A stretch of 64,000 nt of DNA. Source: Trichoplax sp. H2. Its lineage: Eukaryota. The notes below the pieces were generated by a model. The model was not told the origin of the DNA, ran no database searches, and was given only the letters and a program-made list of their open reading frames with translations. The translations under genes and the position numbers were made by a program. Of this stretch, positions 42,701 through 55,149 are shown in pieces. The stretch covers positions 124,001 to 188,000 of the forward strand of contig NOWV01000118.1 in the NCBI GenBank assembly GCA_003344405.1. Reading direction: 5' to 3'. Each line of letters begins with the position of its first letter. The stretch's first letter is position 1.

Positions 42701-45456
42701 TCAACGAAGTCCAAATATTTCGATGCAAATTGTGATCGATCGGAAGTTAAGGTGAAGGATAAATTTGCAACATGTTGTGTTGTTATAAGAGCAAGCTACT
42801 GAAGTATTTCTTGGTATTCCATGCAGATAATTTTTATTAATTTTCTTGGCATAAAATAAAATAAGTTATTGCCACACCAGTATTACTAGAGTATGTAGAT
42901 GCTATGTAATGACTATATGGACATTTAAATTACGTAAGTTATCTTTGTTATTCTTACCTTATTATGTTTTCGAGACAACGGCGCTGTTTTGGCTATAATT
43001 GCCGTAATAATGAGACATTTTCACGTTAGAGTGTTATTTTATTTCGTAAACAGCATTAACCTTTCAGATTGCTAGCATGTTAGATAGAATACAAACCTCG
43101 AGCAATATCATCCGATGTTCTATAACCTTTTCGTGACATTTCTTGAGATGTTCTGTTGTAAGGTGTTGTAGGTAAGACTAAAAAAATGATTTTCATTTTT
43201 TTAACTGATTTAAATAATTAAATTTAATTTGTAATTCACTTGTAAGCAAGGATAATATGAAAGACAGACAGAAATGACCAGTTTAATTAATTATTACCTG
43301 AACCGTTATAAAATTGAATAGTGAAGTTGGTAGGATTGAATGGTTCTTCACCCACAGCAATAAAAATATTTCCCTCGTTGAATAGATCGATAACAGACGT
43401 AATCTATAAATGCGATAATTGACATTATCAATAATACTGGATTGACAGAAATGATATAAATTTAGCAGTCTAGTTTCTATGTGATTATATTACTGTATAA
43501 ATAGGTAGACATGCTACGGTAAGAAAAAGCTAATAATTATCAAATATTAATTAAATGGAAAAAATTTGCAGGAAATGACTTAGAGTTTCATCCGTTGATG
43601 ATCAAACACTGTTAAATTTCCATTACATCACTTTGTTGGATACGCATTAGCTGATCTTTGTATGATAAATATGAAGACAGGTAACTTCCTACCGGAGATT
43701 TGAAACTACGTCCAGTACTAATTTAAGTAAATTAGCGCTGGCCAAAATCATACTCATCCTATCGCCATATTACTTATACAATTGAATGCTTACTAGTAGC
43801 TCATTAGTATACCGTCTAGGAATACTTTTCGTTTATGCTGATTAAGTATTCCAATATGAAACGGCGATGAGCTTTAAAAAGTATCGGCGATAGTTCTAAC
43901 GATTGTCTACGTGATTTTATTCAAAACAAATTAGAAAGTAATTGTAACGATTAAGGCAAATTTTTATAGTAAAATTTAGAAAAGGATAATAGTCATAAAT
44001 GATTCTTTAAATATAAAAAATGGAAAAGTTATTAATACTTGCTATACTGATTATGATCTATTTACTTGTTCACCTTGAATACATATACACTTAATAAAAT
44101 ATACTATTGATACTATTTGAACGTTGTTTTCTATTTTTTTAAAGAATATATGGAATACTGTACAGTATGAACTTCTGATTGTTATTTTTCGTTATCATGA
44201 ATGTACCTTCTAAACACTAAATCGTTCTACAATATGGGGCATACGCATACGTTAATATTATATATTGTATAGAAGCAAGGCGTCAATAATTTTAATTTAC
44301 GATAGAATATTGGAAAAATTTTAAGCATCAAATCTACACTATTATATCTTAAAATTTAACTTCTAGCAAAACTATGTTGTAAACCAATTACAGTTCCAAA
44401 ATAGATTTAACAAATTGACTGTAACCTTCATCAGTTGATGAGTAATCGCTATTCTATCAAATTGGAAATTGGTTGATACTTAAAATTAAGTTACTGATTG
44501 GAAGTGGATTGCTAAAAATTAATCAATTTGTAATTATATCAATGACTACCCTAAGAATGAGCTCTACGCGACATGTAAATCGTCGCTTTTTAATTTTTAA
44601 AAATCAAATTATGGTCATTATTAGTATGGAACTCGCTGTCAATGATATAAAAGTGGGTGTAATTGAATTGGCAAGATACGTGTATTTTATTTACCTTTTT
44701 CCCATTTGGTGTAAACAATTTATCGATAGGGCGAAAGAATGTTTGACGATCATGGCGTAATTCAAAATTGGAATTAAGTTCATAAAGTATCCGATGAAAG
44801 TTGTTGCTTGTACGATGATTAAGTAGTAAATTGATAAATTCTTGTGGCGATGGACCGTGACGAACAATTTTAACAATTTTAGCTTTTTTAGCAAATATTG
44901 TTTTAGAATTAGGATCTTTCGATTGGGGTGGACTAGGTCCAGAATTGTTGGATGGCTGTTGTAACCCAGCTGATGTTAGACTACTGGTCTGATCTAAATC
45001 AACAACACGTTGATTAAGATCGATCATATTACCACTAGCGAATGGATCTGGCGTTAAGAATGATGTAGAACGATTTCGATCATTAACCACATCCAAATTA
45101 TTATTGCTGATACGTTGATATTGGCTTTTACGACGAGCTGATTGGGCTGGTCGAACACCAGCACCTAATTCGGCTAATTCACGATCGAATGAGCGCATAT
45201 GATCAGTCGATATAACAGCAGAACCATTAGCATATCTTTTCGTATGATAGCGATGGACACGCCGTCGGTCATTGCCTGAATTGGTGCTATAATCATCGTC
45301 ATAGAGATCACGAAGTATTGGATCCAGTTGAGTTAATTTATCCAGCCTAATATCGCCTTGATCAGAAGGTGTTGAGCGACGAAATGATCCTCGCCGGCTA
45401 CTTTTATCATCGTCATAAGCTGATAAAGATAATTCGAAACTAACTTCACGAGACAT
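27778..45456 (-). CDS. Giant (about 5,217 aa) doublecortin-domain protein with acidic repeat tail, RP1/RP1L1-like architecture
   Basis: Five coding exons with canonical GT-AG sites and consistent phase: 45456-44695, 43403-43298, 43177-43097, 42992-42958, 42447-27778. The DCX domain spans exons 1-2: KAKIVKIVRHG...RTSNNFHRILYELN...PIDKLFTPNGKK|ITSVIDLFNEGNIFIAVGEEPF. The last exon is 14,670 nt of uninterrupted frame and includes the 4757-aa ORF. Confidence 0.8.
27830..29490 (-). repeat. Coding tandem repeat, 60-nt/20-aa unit QQITYDEHGNAYAVDPHQNG, about 25 units
   Basis: Column-aligned 60-nt periodicity at about 28560-29160, degenerating toward both ends. Confidence 0.95.
29700..36000 (-). repeat. 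Coding higher-order repeat: 240-243-nt (80-81 aa) dimer of ~40-aa EEGQLxxHESExE units, grading into degenerate HES-core units
   Basis: EEGQLSGHESEVEADQKTEDESHQH alternates with EEGQLADHESEGEANGKAEDEPSQE at about 29950-32350. Looser copies continue to about 36000. Confidence 0.92.
39200..40060 (-). repeat. Coding degenerate repeat, about 4 copies of a ~70-aa unit (DEKIS...DQQS..EE....SQ..ED...AN...VKS.NLQQ)
   Basis: Visible in the translation of the giant ORF. Confidence 0.75.
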
Positions 45457-45934
45457 TTTCCAATATCGCTACAAGTAGAATTTCAAACTGGATCGATTTC
45501 AGTTTTGGGATGAGACTGTGATTGGCAAATTTCTTCTCTTTTCTACGTATACCGTGGCTCAACTCGTAAATTAATTAATTCTTTCACTTTCTTCAAGCAT
45601 TGAATTCTAGATTAGACATAAAAAAACTTGTTGTTACATAGGTGAAATAAATGCTTGATTAAGTTACAAGTGCAGCGAAAAATGCTTGACAAGTCAAGTT
45701 ATGACAGAATGGTCCACCCTTAAATAATCCATTCTGTCATCACCAATCACTTTCTCCTATGAACAAGTCCAAACTACTATTATCTTCAGGAAATTATAAT
45801 TGCAAGAAAATATCCAAATCAAATTAATAGACATCATGATCATCAATCACCCCAATGAAACGATATCAACAATGTGTGATCTCATGCAATGTAGAATGCT
45901 AGATTAGAGTTGTAAATTAAAATCCTACAAAAGA

Positions 45935-46340
45935 AAGACAACGAAAATCAACTCTTCCGCAATCATGAAGTTCTAAGACAAGTTCACAGTAGCTTATAAT
46001 CAAGGTATCGTACTCCGCTCATAGTGGCATAAAACGATTTCATCAGCAAAAATGACAGTTATTTTGACTATACAGTAGTTGTAATACTCCTTTTTCTACC
46101 TTTAAGAATGGCATAACTATTGAAGGGAAAAGAGTATGATCTAATTTGATTTACTGAAAGGCAACGAAAATCAACTCTTCTATCATCATCCAGTCACTAA
46201 GACTCGTTTAGCTTCTAATCGAAGTATCGTATTCTATCCACCGTGATATGAAACGATTTTATCAGCAGCAAGTAACAATTATTTTGACTATATTTACAAT
46301 ACTTATTTTCCTAACCTTGGGAATGATACCAATATTATAG
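45935..46340. repeat. Degenerate ~220-bp tandem duplication in the 5'UTR intron of the DCX gene
   Basis: CAACGAAAATCAACTCTT occurs at 45939 and 46162. Each is followed by matching GTATCGTA...AAACGATTT..ATCAGCA...TTATTTTGACTATA blocks. Confidence 0.75.
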
Positions 46341-47075
46341 AGAAAGAGTACGATTTAATTAATTTAAAAAAATTTCATTGAACTTTTGAATCTGCGAGTA
46401 AGCAAGTTCTATCTGCAATGGAATAAAGACACTTCATTAACTGTTTACGAGATTCATTAAAACTCTTTTTACGGTGCTTTCTATGCCTTTCGGAATGGCA
46501 TCAATGTAGAGAAGAAAGAATAAAATAACTAATTTCAACATCAAGTCAACAGGACTAATTAAACTTGATTAATCTACTATAGCTATGTTCTACCTGTGAT
46601 GGAATGAAAACATCCTATTACCAGCTAATGATAGTATTTTAAAACTCTTCAAACGGTAGCTGCTTTACTCTTAGTCTTAGCATACATAAATGCTTAGGGA
46701 GAAAGAAGGTAAACTAATCCACTTTCATATCAAGTTATTAAGACTAGTTTATGATCATCATCTAGCCATACTGTATCATCGATTAAAATACAGTAGGCCA
46801 TGATCAGCTAATGAAGGTAATTAAGCCTGTATTAGAAGTTCCTTCTTTACCTCTAAAAGTGCTATAACTAGAAGAAAAATATGGAAAGATAATACTGTGT
46901 CTAAATCGTTTATGACTTTCTATTTCCATGCACCTGCACGACTGTAGCAGTAATTCATATGCTTAAATTGACATTCAGATGAAGAAATGAGATAGAAAAG
47001 GGCAAATAGGCGTCATTACTACTGTTGAATCCTGTTTGTAGGAAGGAAGAAATAATTGAACATGTACTTTCTCAC

Positions 47076-47300
47076 CTTGATCAAGTTTGAATCTGTTAAT
47101 GATTCTTCTCTAGATAGGATAGGAACTAATCGAATTTTCACTCTTCTAACTAGATAATCTCTTGTCTTAATTTTTGTAGAATGTTGAAGAGGAATTGAGT
47201 TATAATTTCATTATAACATAATTCAAATGTTGTTTTCTCTATCTCTCGTTCTATCTCTTTCTTATATTGTCTTGATATCGAATAGAATACGATTTTAACT
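47076..47300 (-). other. Probable non-coding first exon of the DCX gene (upstream boundary approximate)
   Basis: Strong donor AAG|GTGAGA at 47076/47075. The acceptor TTTTTTTATGTCTAATCTAG| at 45607/45606 lies 150 nt upstream of the ATG. Confidence 0.5.
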
Positions 47301-47392
47301 GTGTCCAATTGCTTTCTTCTACTTAACGGAGATATTATACATTAGCAGCACCTCCTCAGGAGTGCATTAGCAACAAGGGGCTTGTTATAAAG

Positions 47393-47406
47393 ATCACCAT
47401 AGCAAC
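47393..47406 (-). promoter_or_regulatory. RFX X-box (GTTGCTATGGTGAT)
   Basis: Matches the X-box consensus GTTGCCATGGCAAC / RYYNYY-N1-3-RRNRAC. A second half-site GTTGCTAA lies at 47367-47374. Both sit in a locally GC-richer patch just upstream of the putative first exon. Confidence 0.6.
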
Positions 47407-47699
47407 CCTACCGTGACCTCTATAGCAGAAGCAAAAAGGAAAAGACACTAGTAACACCCGATTGATTAAGCTAATTTTGGTCAAGGTTAAGCGATGCTAA
47501 TGACAATAAAAGAGTGCAAATAAATAATTAGAGACGATTATGTTATGAATGCAAATAGAATCGACGATGGAAAATGTTCTTCTTGTGATTCGATTATTCA
47601 ATAAGATAAAATAGACAGTAGAGAGGAAGGAGATATTTTGCTGGATAAGATTATCCTCGAACTTCTTTATTTTGCGTTGTCTAAATCAACTATTGTCTC

Positions 47700-49120
47700 T
47701 ACTAGCACTGTAGACTGGATAGTATAGTATCATTGATGATGTATAAAATGGATCTCTTGTTAATGGAGGCAGAAAGAGAAGAGGACAGGTAGGGTAGAAA
47801 TGATGGCCGTGGTAAATAGATGTCATATTAATAATGACTGCAAGAGGATAGAAAGAGTGAATAGATATCATGTGGATCCAAAATAGAACTTCATAATATA
47901 GATGACAGTAAGAGAAAGAAAGACTGGGTATTATAATATGATTTATGTTAAATTAAATTGATCTCTGGTGGATGAAGGCAGTAAGAGAAGGGTATATAGT
48001 AAAAATAGAGATATGATATTATTGACGATCGAAAGAGGATAGAAAAATGGAGTAGATATCATGCCGATCAAAAAATATAATCTTATAGTATCGATGGCTC
48101 TTAGAGAAAGACTGGATACTATAATATGATTTATATTGGATTAAATAAATCTCGAATTGATGACGGTAGTAAGAGAAGGGCATGGTAGATAGAAATTATG
48201 ACTATGATAAAAATAAAGATGTCATATTATTGACGATCGCAAGTGGATTGAAATAATTAATCGATAGCAAATTCATCGAAATATAATTTCATAATATTAA
48301 CGACCGTAAGAGCCGTAAAAGAATAGGACATGTTTGATACAAATTATGACCATAATATAAATAAGGATATTATACTCTTAACGACCGCAAAAGAATAGAA
48401 ATAGTGAATAGATATCATGTTGATCAAAAAAATTAATCTCATAATATCAATGACAGTAAGAGAAAAGAGATGTTGGATAGGTGTCATGCTTATGTGGATA
48501 GGATTGATCTCTTGCTGTTAACGACAGTGAAAGAAAGATATGTTGGATAGATGTTTTGGTCGTGTTAATAAAATTAGTCTCTAGCTTTCCTTAATAATAA
48601 TAGGAGAAAGGATAATGCCGATAAATATCATGGCCATACCGATGAAACTGACCTCTTACTGTTGTGGGTAGGAAAAACATAGTAAGACAGATGCCATGAG
48701 TCTATTGATAAAACTGATCTCTTGTTATTATAGACGGCAAAAGTATGGACATGTTTGATCAATGTCACGGGCATGTTGATAAAAATAATCTGTTGTCGAA
48801 GATAGTAAGAGTATAATGAGAGACAGAAGGTTTACGATAGATGCAATTGGTAATCTGGCTATTAAAGATAGGAAGAAAATAGGGTTATTTGATAGATTCA
48901 TTAAGCATGCTGCTAAAATTGCTCCAGCAGTACAAATTAAGTATGAGAAAGGAATATTTTATCAATTTAATAGCAATGTTGATAAAAGAATCTCTTGTTT
49001 TTGAGAACTATAAGAGGAAGAAGATGCTTGACACGGATCATAGCTATCTTAACATGGATAAAATCATGCTTTTACTGTGGAAAACAGGAAGAAATAGAGA
49101 CGTTTTGATCAATAATTTTG
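47700..49120. repeat. Degenerate minisatellite-like array, unit about 60-65 bp
   Basis: Recurrent GATA(G/T)AT(A/G)TCATG...GATAAAA..(G/A)ATCTCTT...GACAGTAAGAGAAAG blocks. Confidence 0.7.
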
Positions 49121-52100
49121 TAGTAAATATGTTTTGCATCATACTTAAATTAATATTTGAAAATTTGGACAAAATATCTTCATAATACAACGTTATCTTT
49201 ATAGATGTATTATATCTTGTAATTAATTATAAATTAATACCCAAGTCTTCTATTTTTCAAGTTAGATGTGACGGCTAAGATAAACAGCAGGAGAAAGAGA
49301 TTTCCGATATAAATCATCACTATCTTATTGTACATTGTACTCTATTCGTATAAAATACAAAATTGCTTATCTACTGTATATCAGTACATAATATATATAT
49401 ATAGATAATATAATAACATCCGCTTTTGATATTTTTCAAGATAGATTAATATTCTGTTTTCCTGTTTATTGAATAAAAAATTAGTAGACGACAAATGAAA
49501 TGAAGATAATTAGATATAGGTAATCGTTGTTTCATCTATAGTTACACGTTAGTTAAGCTACAATTAAATTAGACTATTTCGTTTATAACATCTAGATATA
49601 GAGTATACTATAGTATTATACATACTTGATCGTCTTGACATTTTGCGTAGAAGGCAGGTTACTACCTTTGAGCACTATTCATTGAATTAGATACATATAG
49701 ATCATTTAATAACGCAGGTAGTTTCGATAGATTTCGTCACTATGTTGCACAATATTATACGTATATAATCGAGATATCATTATTGGACATATCTATAACA
49801 TGTGGTTCTTGCATTAAAGGGCATATCAGTATTATTAAGTATTAAAATAGAGGTTGATAAAAGTAACAACCTCAAGTGGTTTTCTTTCTTATTTAATGTT
49901 ATTTTAAGGCTGAAGCTTCCAAATTATTCATATTCATGCATACATGCACCATATCATCACAGTTAAGATGGGAGAGGACCTTCTCTATCTCAGTCAGTAT
50001 TTCATCATAGAATTGACTATTAGTAAATCAGTACCCGTATGACTTAATTCTATCTTCCTTCCATCTACATAGCTCAGTATGATTTACATGTCTTAATTTA
50101 TTAATAAAATAGTATCAAATCGCTCTTTGATAGTTAAAGTATAAATGGTAAAGCAATCCTAGGGTTGCCTAAAGCCACAGTATCTATGGCATTTATTTAT
50201 ATTTATATTTATTCTTCACTCTAGTAAATAATACAAGTAGTGCGGAAAAAATGATTCGTAATTTTTTTGAATATTGTAACTGGAATGTATGAAGAATGAT
50301 GTCGATAGCTATTCAAAGACGTAATTTAAATTTAATATATCGATATCATTATTTCCAATGTAAGTCACTGTTCATAATGTAGTTTAGGACAGCAATCAAT
50401 CAAATAGGGCATCATTCAAAAATAAGCTAAAGGATTAAGAAATTTGCTGATTTATCATAGAAGAAATATTGTTATTTTACATTGCGAAAAGACTTCATTT
50501 TATGTAATGGAAAAAGAATAACTGTATCGCCTCTTTTACTACGGTGCATCCCTTCCATAACAAAGTGAACTGATGGAACCTTCTTCTCATCGTCGATGAG
50601 TATTAGGTAAACATACAATAGCCAGGTGTGATCAATTCTTGCAAAAATTCAATAATTAGTTAGAAAGCAACGTTTATCGTAAAGCAAAGGAGTAACATAA
50701 TAAGTACACATCATTAATTCCGATTGAAAAGAGATTAAAGATGAAATACAATAGATTAATGATGAATTGCTCTTGGTAAACGATTAGAAATAGTTCATGT
50801 AGTTCTTATTATCAATGCATCACTATTAATCATTTATTAATAACAGCATTGAAATAACTCAAATACAATGGTTTATTGTCTCATTTATTATCAAAGAGTA
50901 ATTTATATTTAATGCCATTCTCTTGAATTTTTTTCTTATTTTTTAGAACATATACAGTATATCTATATATTCGTATAATAAATAGTCTAAGCTAAAGCTA
51001 TTTATGCGTGGATAATATTGCATCGAATAGTAATTTGAATCTATCACAATTTGTGTTAAGCAAATACAGAGATATTAGATGTTAAAATTTGGATACTACT
51101 ATATTCCCTCGAATATTCAGGTTTTACGTTCTAGTTCATATTTTACTGATATTGCAAGTATTATTAGCCAAAATAATATACATCTAGATAGCTTTACCTA
51201 TTAAGGTGACAATTAAAATCGACCACCATAGATATTAAGCAATATGTTTGGAGAAGGAAACTCGATATTTTTCACCATTTCTTCGAATACGGTATTCAGA
51301 TCTTATTTTTAGCTTATATACTGTGTACTCCCGAATTTGCTATAGCAAATCCAGATGAAAACAAACACAACAATGACTAGAATCCAACACCATCTACAGC
51401 ATGTTAACTAAACAATGTATTGGTAATGAAAATGCTATTCCCATCGAATATTTATATTTTACTGCATTAGCCTGAACGATACACATCATTTACGGGTAGT
51501 TCTATCTATGGAGCTATGGCTACAATAGTGAAAAATAAAAGGTATACGATAGGCATTCTGGGGAATTATATCAAATATCGGTACTTTTAATTTCTGCATA
51601 CCTCGTTGGCTTAGCGTAATTTACGGTAGATTCTGATTACAATTTTAGTAAGCCGTTCAGGGTATGTTTTAAATACAAACCGTCCAAAAAACGGAATTAC
51701 ATATTTAATATGAGGATAATCTCAGCTTTACTTTTATGCATGTTCTATCTGACTTAAGTCTATAACACTTGCATAAAGTAATGCAATGTGTTAAGTACAC
51801 AATATATATATATGTTATATATATATATATAGCAATATATGGTTTAACGATTTAGTATTACGTGCTTCCCTGAAATATTTTTATCTTACTTTTCTTCGTA
51901 CTATTTTACTGAAGCCGATATTATAAACCTAATTCATCCGGGTAGAATCGCACATTAAGACAGTCTTCTTTATAATCACGATTTTAAGTAGTAATAGTAC
52001 TATACTTATGATTTGAAATAATTTTGTATACAATATACCTATTCTATCCAAGTTTAATTTAGACGTAATTTTACTCCATTGCCGAGTCTGAAGAACGAAT

Positions 52101-52283
52101 AAATTTCATAATTTACTAGTCTTATCACTCTACTGCCACGATAATTTGATTTAGACCTAGCTGGAGGTGCACCCTTATTATCCTGCGTAAAGGGATTGTA
52201 CTCAAGCATTTCCCTCAACCGTAGCCTTTACATCTTTTTGCGCTGTAGATTTAAGCACAAAAGCTATATAAGTGTTTGAATAA

Positions 52284-53310
52284 ATGCATATAAACGAAGG
52301 CATAAAACGAAAAAGGAATAATTAGCACATTAGTAATAAGTGATACCGAGCTACAAGCGATAAAGTTAAACTTAAGTGTGATTGAACATCCAGAGCAATC
52401 AATGCATCCATAGATCACTCACAAATTAATCGTGACCTATGAATAGTTTCAGTATGTAGATAGCAAGAAGCTATGTAAGTAATTGACTCGATGCATATAA
52501 GCTTTGTATGAAAACGAAAAAGTAGTTAATTAGTATATTAACAAGCGATATTAAGCTATAAAGCGATATTGTTGTAAATTTAATTGCAACTGGACATCTA
52601 GAGCAATCAATCTACTCCCAGATTACTTATAAATTATAGTCGTTACCTGTGAATAGTTTTAGTGTGTAGATAGCTGTCACAAACCAGCTTCGTGACAAAG
52701 ATAACGTAAAACAAATCCCTAAATTACTATAGTCTCCGGGATTCAGTATCCCTTAACTATCTCACAAGAATTTAGACGCCTTTGGTTCTACGTTAAACTC
52801 AACTAGACAATTGAGAATTACTTTTATTCAACTATATGATGGGCTTATATACCCATCTACAGCAGCTAACATTCATGAGTCATCTTATAAAAATACTTAG
52901 GTGAGAACATCTACTAACTAATTTTTCACAGTCGGATTACAACATGTCCATTCACAGATCATTTCAGTGCACGTTACAGCACAACATTAAATTTACTATA
53001 ACACATTTACAATTAGAGTAATTCCTATTGTAAGTCACTAGTTGTAATATATTATCACTATATTATATTAACCAAATTTAGATAGCTATTTCTTCACGGT
53101 AGTTCGTACCGTAATAATAGGACTGAAGTTATATAAGTAATTTATTGGATGCATATAGAGTACGCATAAAAATGAAAGAATGAGTTAATTAGCACATTGA
53201 TAAGCGATAGAGTTGTAAACTTAATTGCAATTGAACATCCTGAGTAATCGATCCATTACTAGATTACTTATGAATTCATCATAACCTTTGAACAGTTTTA
53301 GTGTATTGAT
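52284..53310. repeat. Three diverged copies of a ~200-bp unit (about 52284, 52491, 53149)
   Basis: Shared ATGCATATA...AATTAG.A.ATT...AAGCGATA...TG.ACATC..GAG.AATC...GAA.AGTTT.AGT.T.T blocks. Confidence 0.8.
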
Positions 53311-54367
53311 TGTAAATTCATATGAGTGTAAATCCATCAGTAGAAAGATGGAATACCAGGTAGTTTTAACAAAGCAACGATGGCGTACTTTGGTTTAGTA
53401 TTATAGTAACACAGTTACTTTCATTAACATAAATGACCACACTTTCATTTTAGCGTTTTAGCTATTCTAATTGAACATGCATTGAAAGTTTATACAACAT
53501 ATAACGACATTATTTTAAATGATATTTATACGACATTTAAGAGATCAAAATTATATCTAATATAAGATATGCCTGTAGATCAAGAATTAGATAAACTACT
53601 CAATAGCAGGTATTTTCCAGTTAGGATACTCGATGGATGTAGCAGTGCAGAAGACAAATTATTAAATTTTTTTATCAATAAGTATAATGATCTCAATCCG
53701 AAACTGGCACCCACAAATGAATATTATTGACTTAATTTCAGCTTGTACATAACGTAGACTGCACATCGTACGGTCACAAATCATGAAGTAGAATTTGAAA
53801 TTTACGCAATTTACCCATTTAGTAGAAAAAGACATAAGTCATAATATTCATAAAAATGAAGATAGGTAAACTTTATAATCGGTTTGAAAGCAATTTGATT
53901 TCTTAAGCATATGTAGTTGATAAAATTCAACAGCTAAAATTCAATAACTATGCAATAAACAAACAGGTCTAAAGTTTTCTATTGGACCATGAAAATCATA
54001 TAATTTAATAAGCGAGGCTTAAATTAATCCTATCTAATTTAAAAGGAACAAATTGATTCGAACATTAAATGAAACTTAAGTTATGATAATATAAAGTCGA
54101 AACTGCTAACCTTTTCAATGAATCTACAATAATTTAAAAGGCAACGGATTCTGTAAATTTATGCAGAGCAAATAGTATCTAAAAATTTTATCTTATACAG
54201 TAAATAATAAAAGAGAATTTTCAATTTGTCATAATATCATGATAAAAACATAGACCACAATTCATGTAAGCTATTACTTCACAAATTTTTACCATGTATA
54301 AATCAGATAAACAGTCTAACCATCTTCTACTAATATCATTTGTTAACAATAAATAAGATAATTAAAC

Positions 54368-54815
54368 ATTAGCTCAATTTCAAATAATGCAATCTTCTGT
54401 ATCGTTGACTAGACTCCAATAATCTATAACTCTATCTGAACTAAAAAAATGTGAAATTTATATATAGTAAGATTTATAAACCAACAAAATAGATTGGTTT
54501 CAAGGAAAGATTAGCTTAATTTCAAATTCAAATTATGCAATCTACTTTGAAATGGATCATGGGCTAGATCACAATAATCTATAACTCTACTTTAATGAAA
54601 AGGCGGGAGTCATATATAGTAAGACTTATAAACCACAAAATGATGATATTCCTTTAAAGGAAATATTAGCTCAATTTTAATTTCAAACCATGCAATTATC
54701 TTTAAAATGGATCATGGACTAGATCACAATAATCCTTAACTCTATTTTAACTAAAAAGCAGAAGGTTCATATAATGTAAGATTCATAAACCACAGAATTG
54801 CGATATTGGTTTAAT
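54368..54815. repeat. Three tandem diverged copies of a ~150-bp unit
   Basis: Shared ATTAGCT.AATTT...ATGCAAT...CTAGA..CAATAATC..TAACTCTA...GTAAGA.T.ATAAACCA blocks. Confidence 0.85.
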
Positions 54816-55149
54816 GAACAATAGGAAAAAGATATTTAATTAGAACAAATTTTGCACCAAATAATATCGATCCATAATTAAACTGTCTTAAAATAGCAAA
54901 CTGATTGTTTTATGCTTTGACTATCACTACAAATCCATCCAATAGTATAATTGATTACCGATTTGAACTGATTTGAACAAAGCCCTTGATACATCAATTT
55001 TAAAATATGGCCTCAAATCGAACATAACTCGTAGAGGCTAAGTAAAATGAGAACGGTAATCTCACCATATACGATCTAATAGGTCATTTTTCAAGAAATA
55101 ATCCTATCTAAGACAGGGTTGTAGGAATAATCTGTAATACCGCCATCTC

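Noticed and set aside
48816-49185. 62-aa and 98-aa ORFs
   Set aside because: They lie within the degenerate minisatellite and have no protein signature.
51240-52230. Plus-strand exon-like blocks, one reading PERYTSFTGSSIYGAMAT, faintly like the actin C-terminus
   Set aside because: The neighbouring block has stops in all frames, and the similarity is too short and needs a gap.
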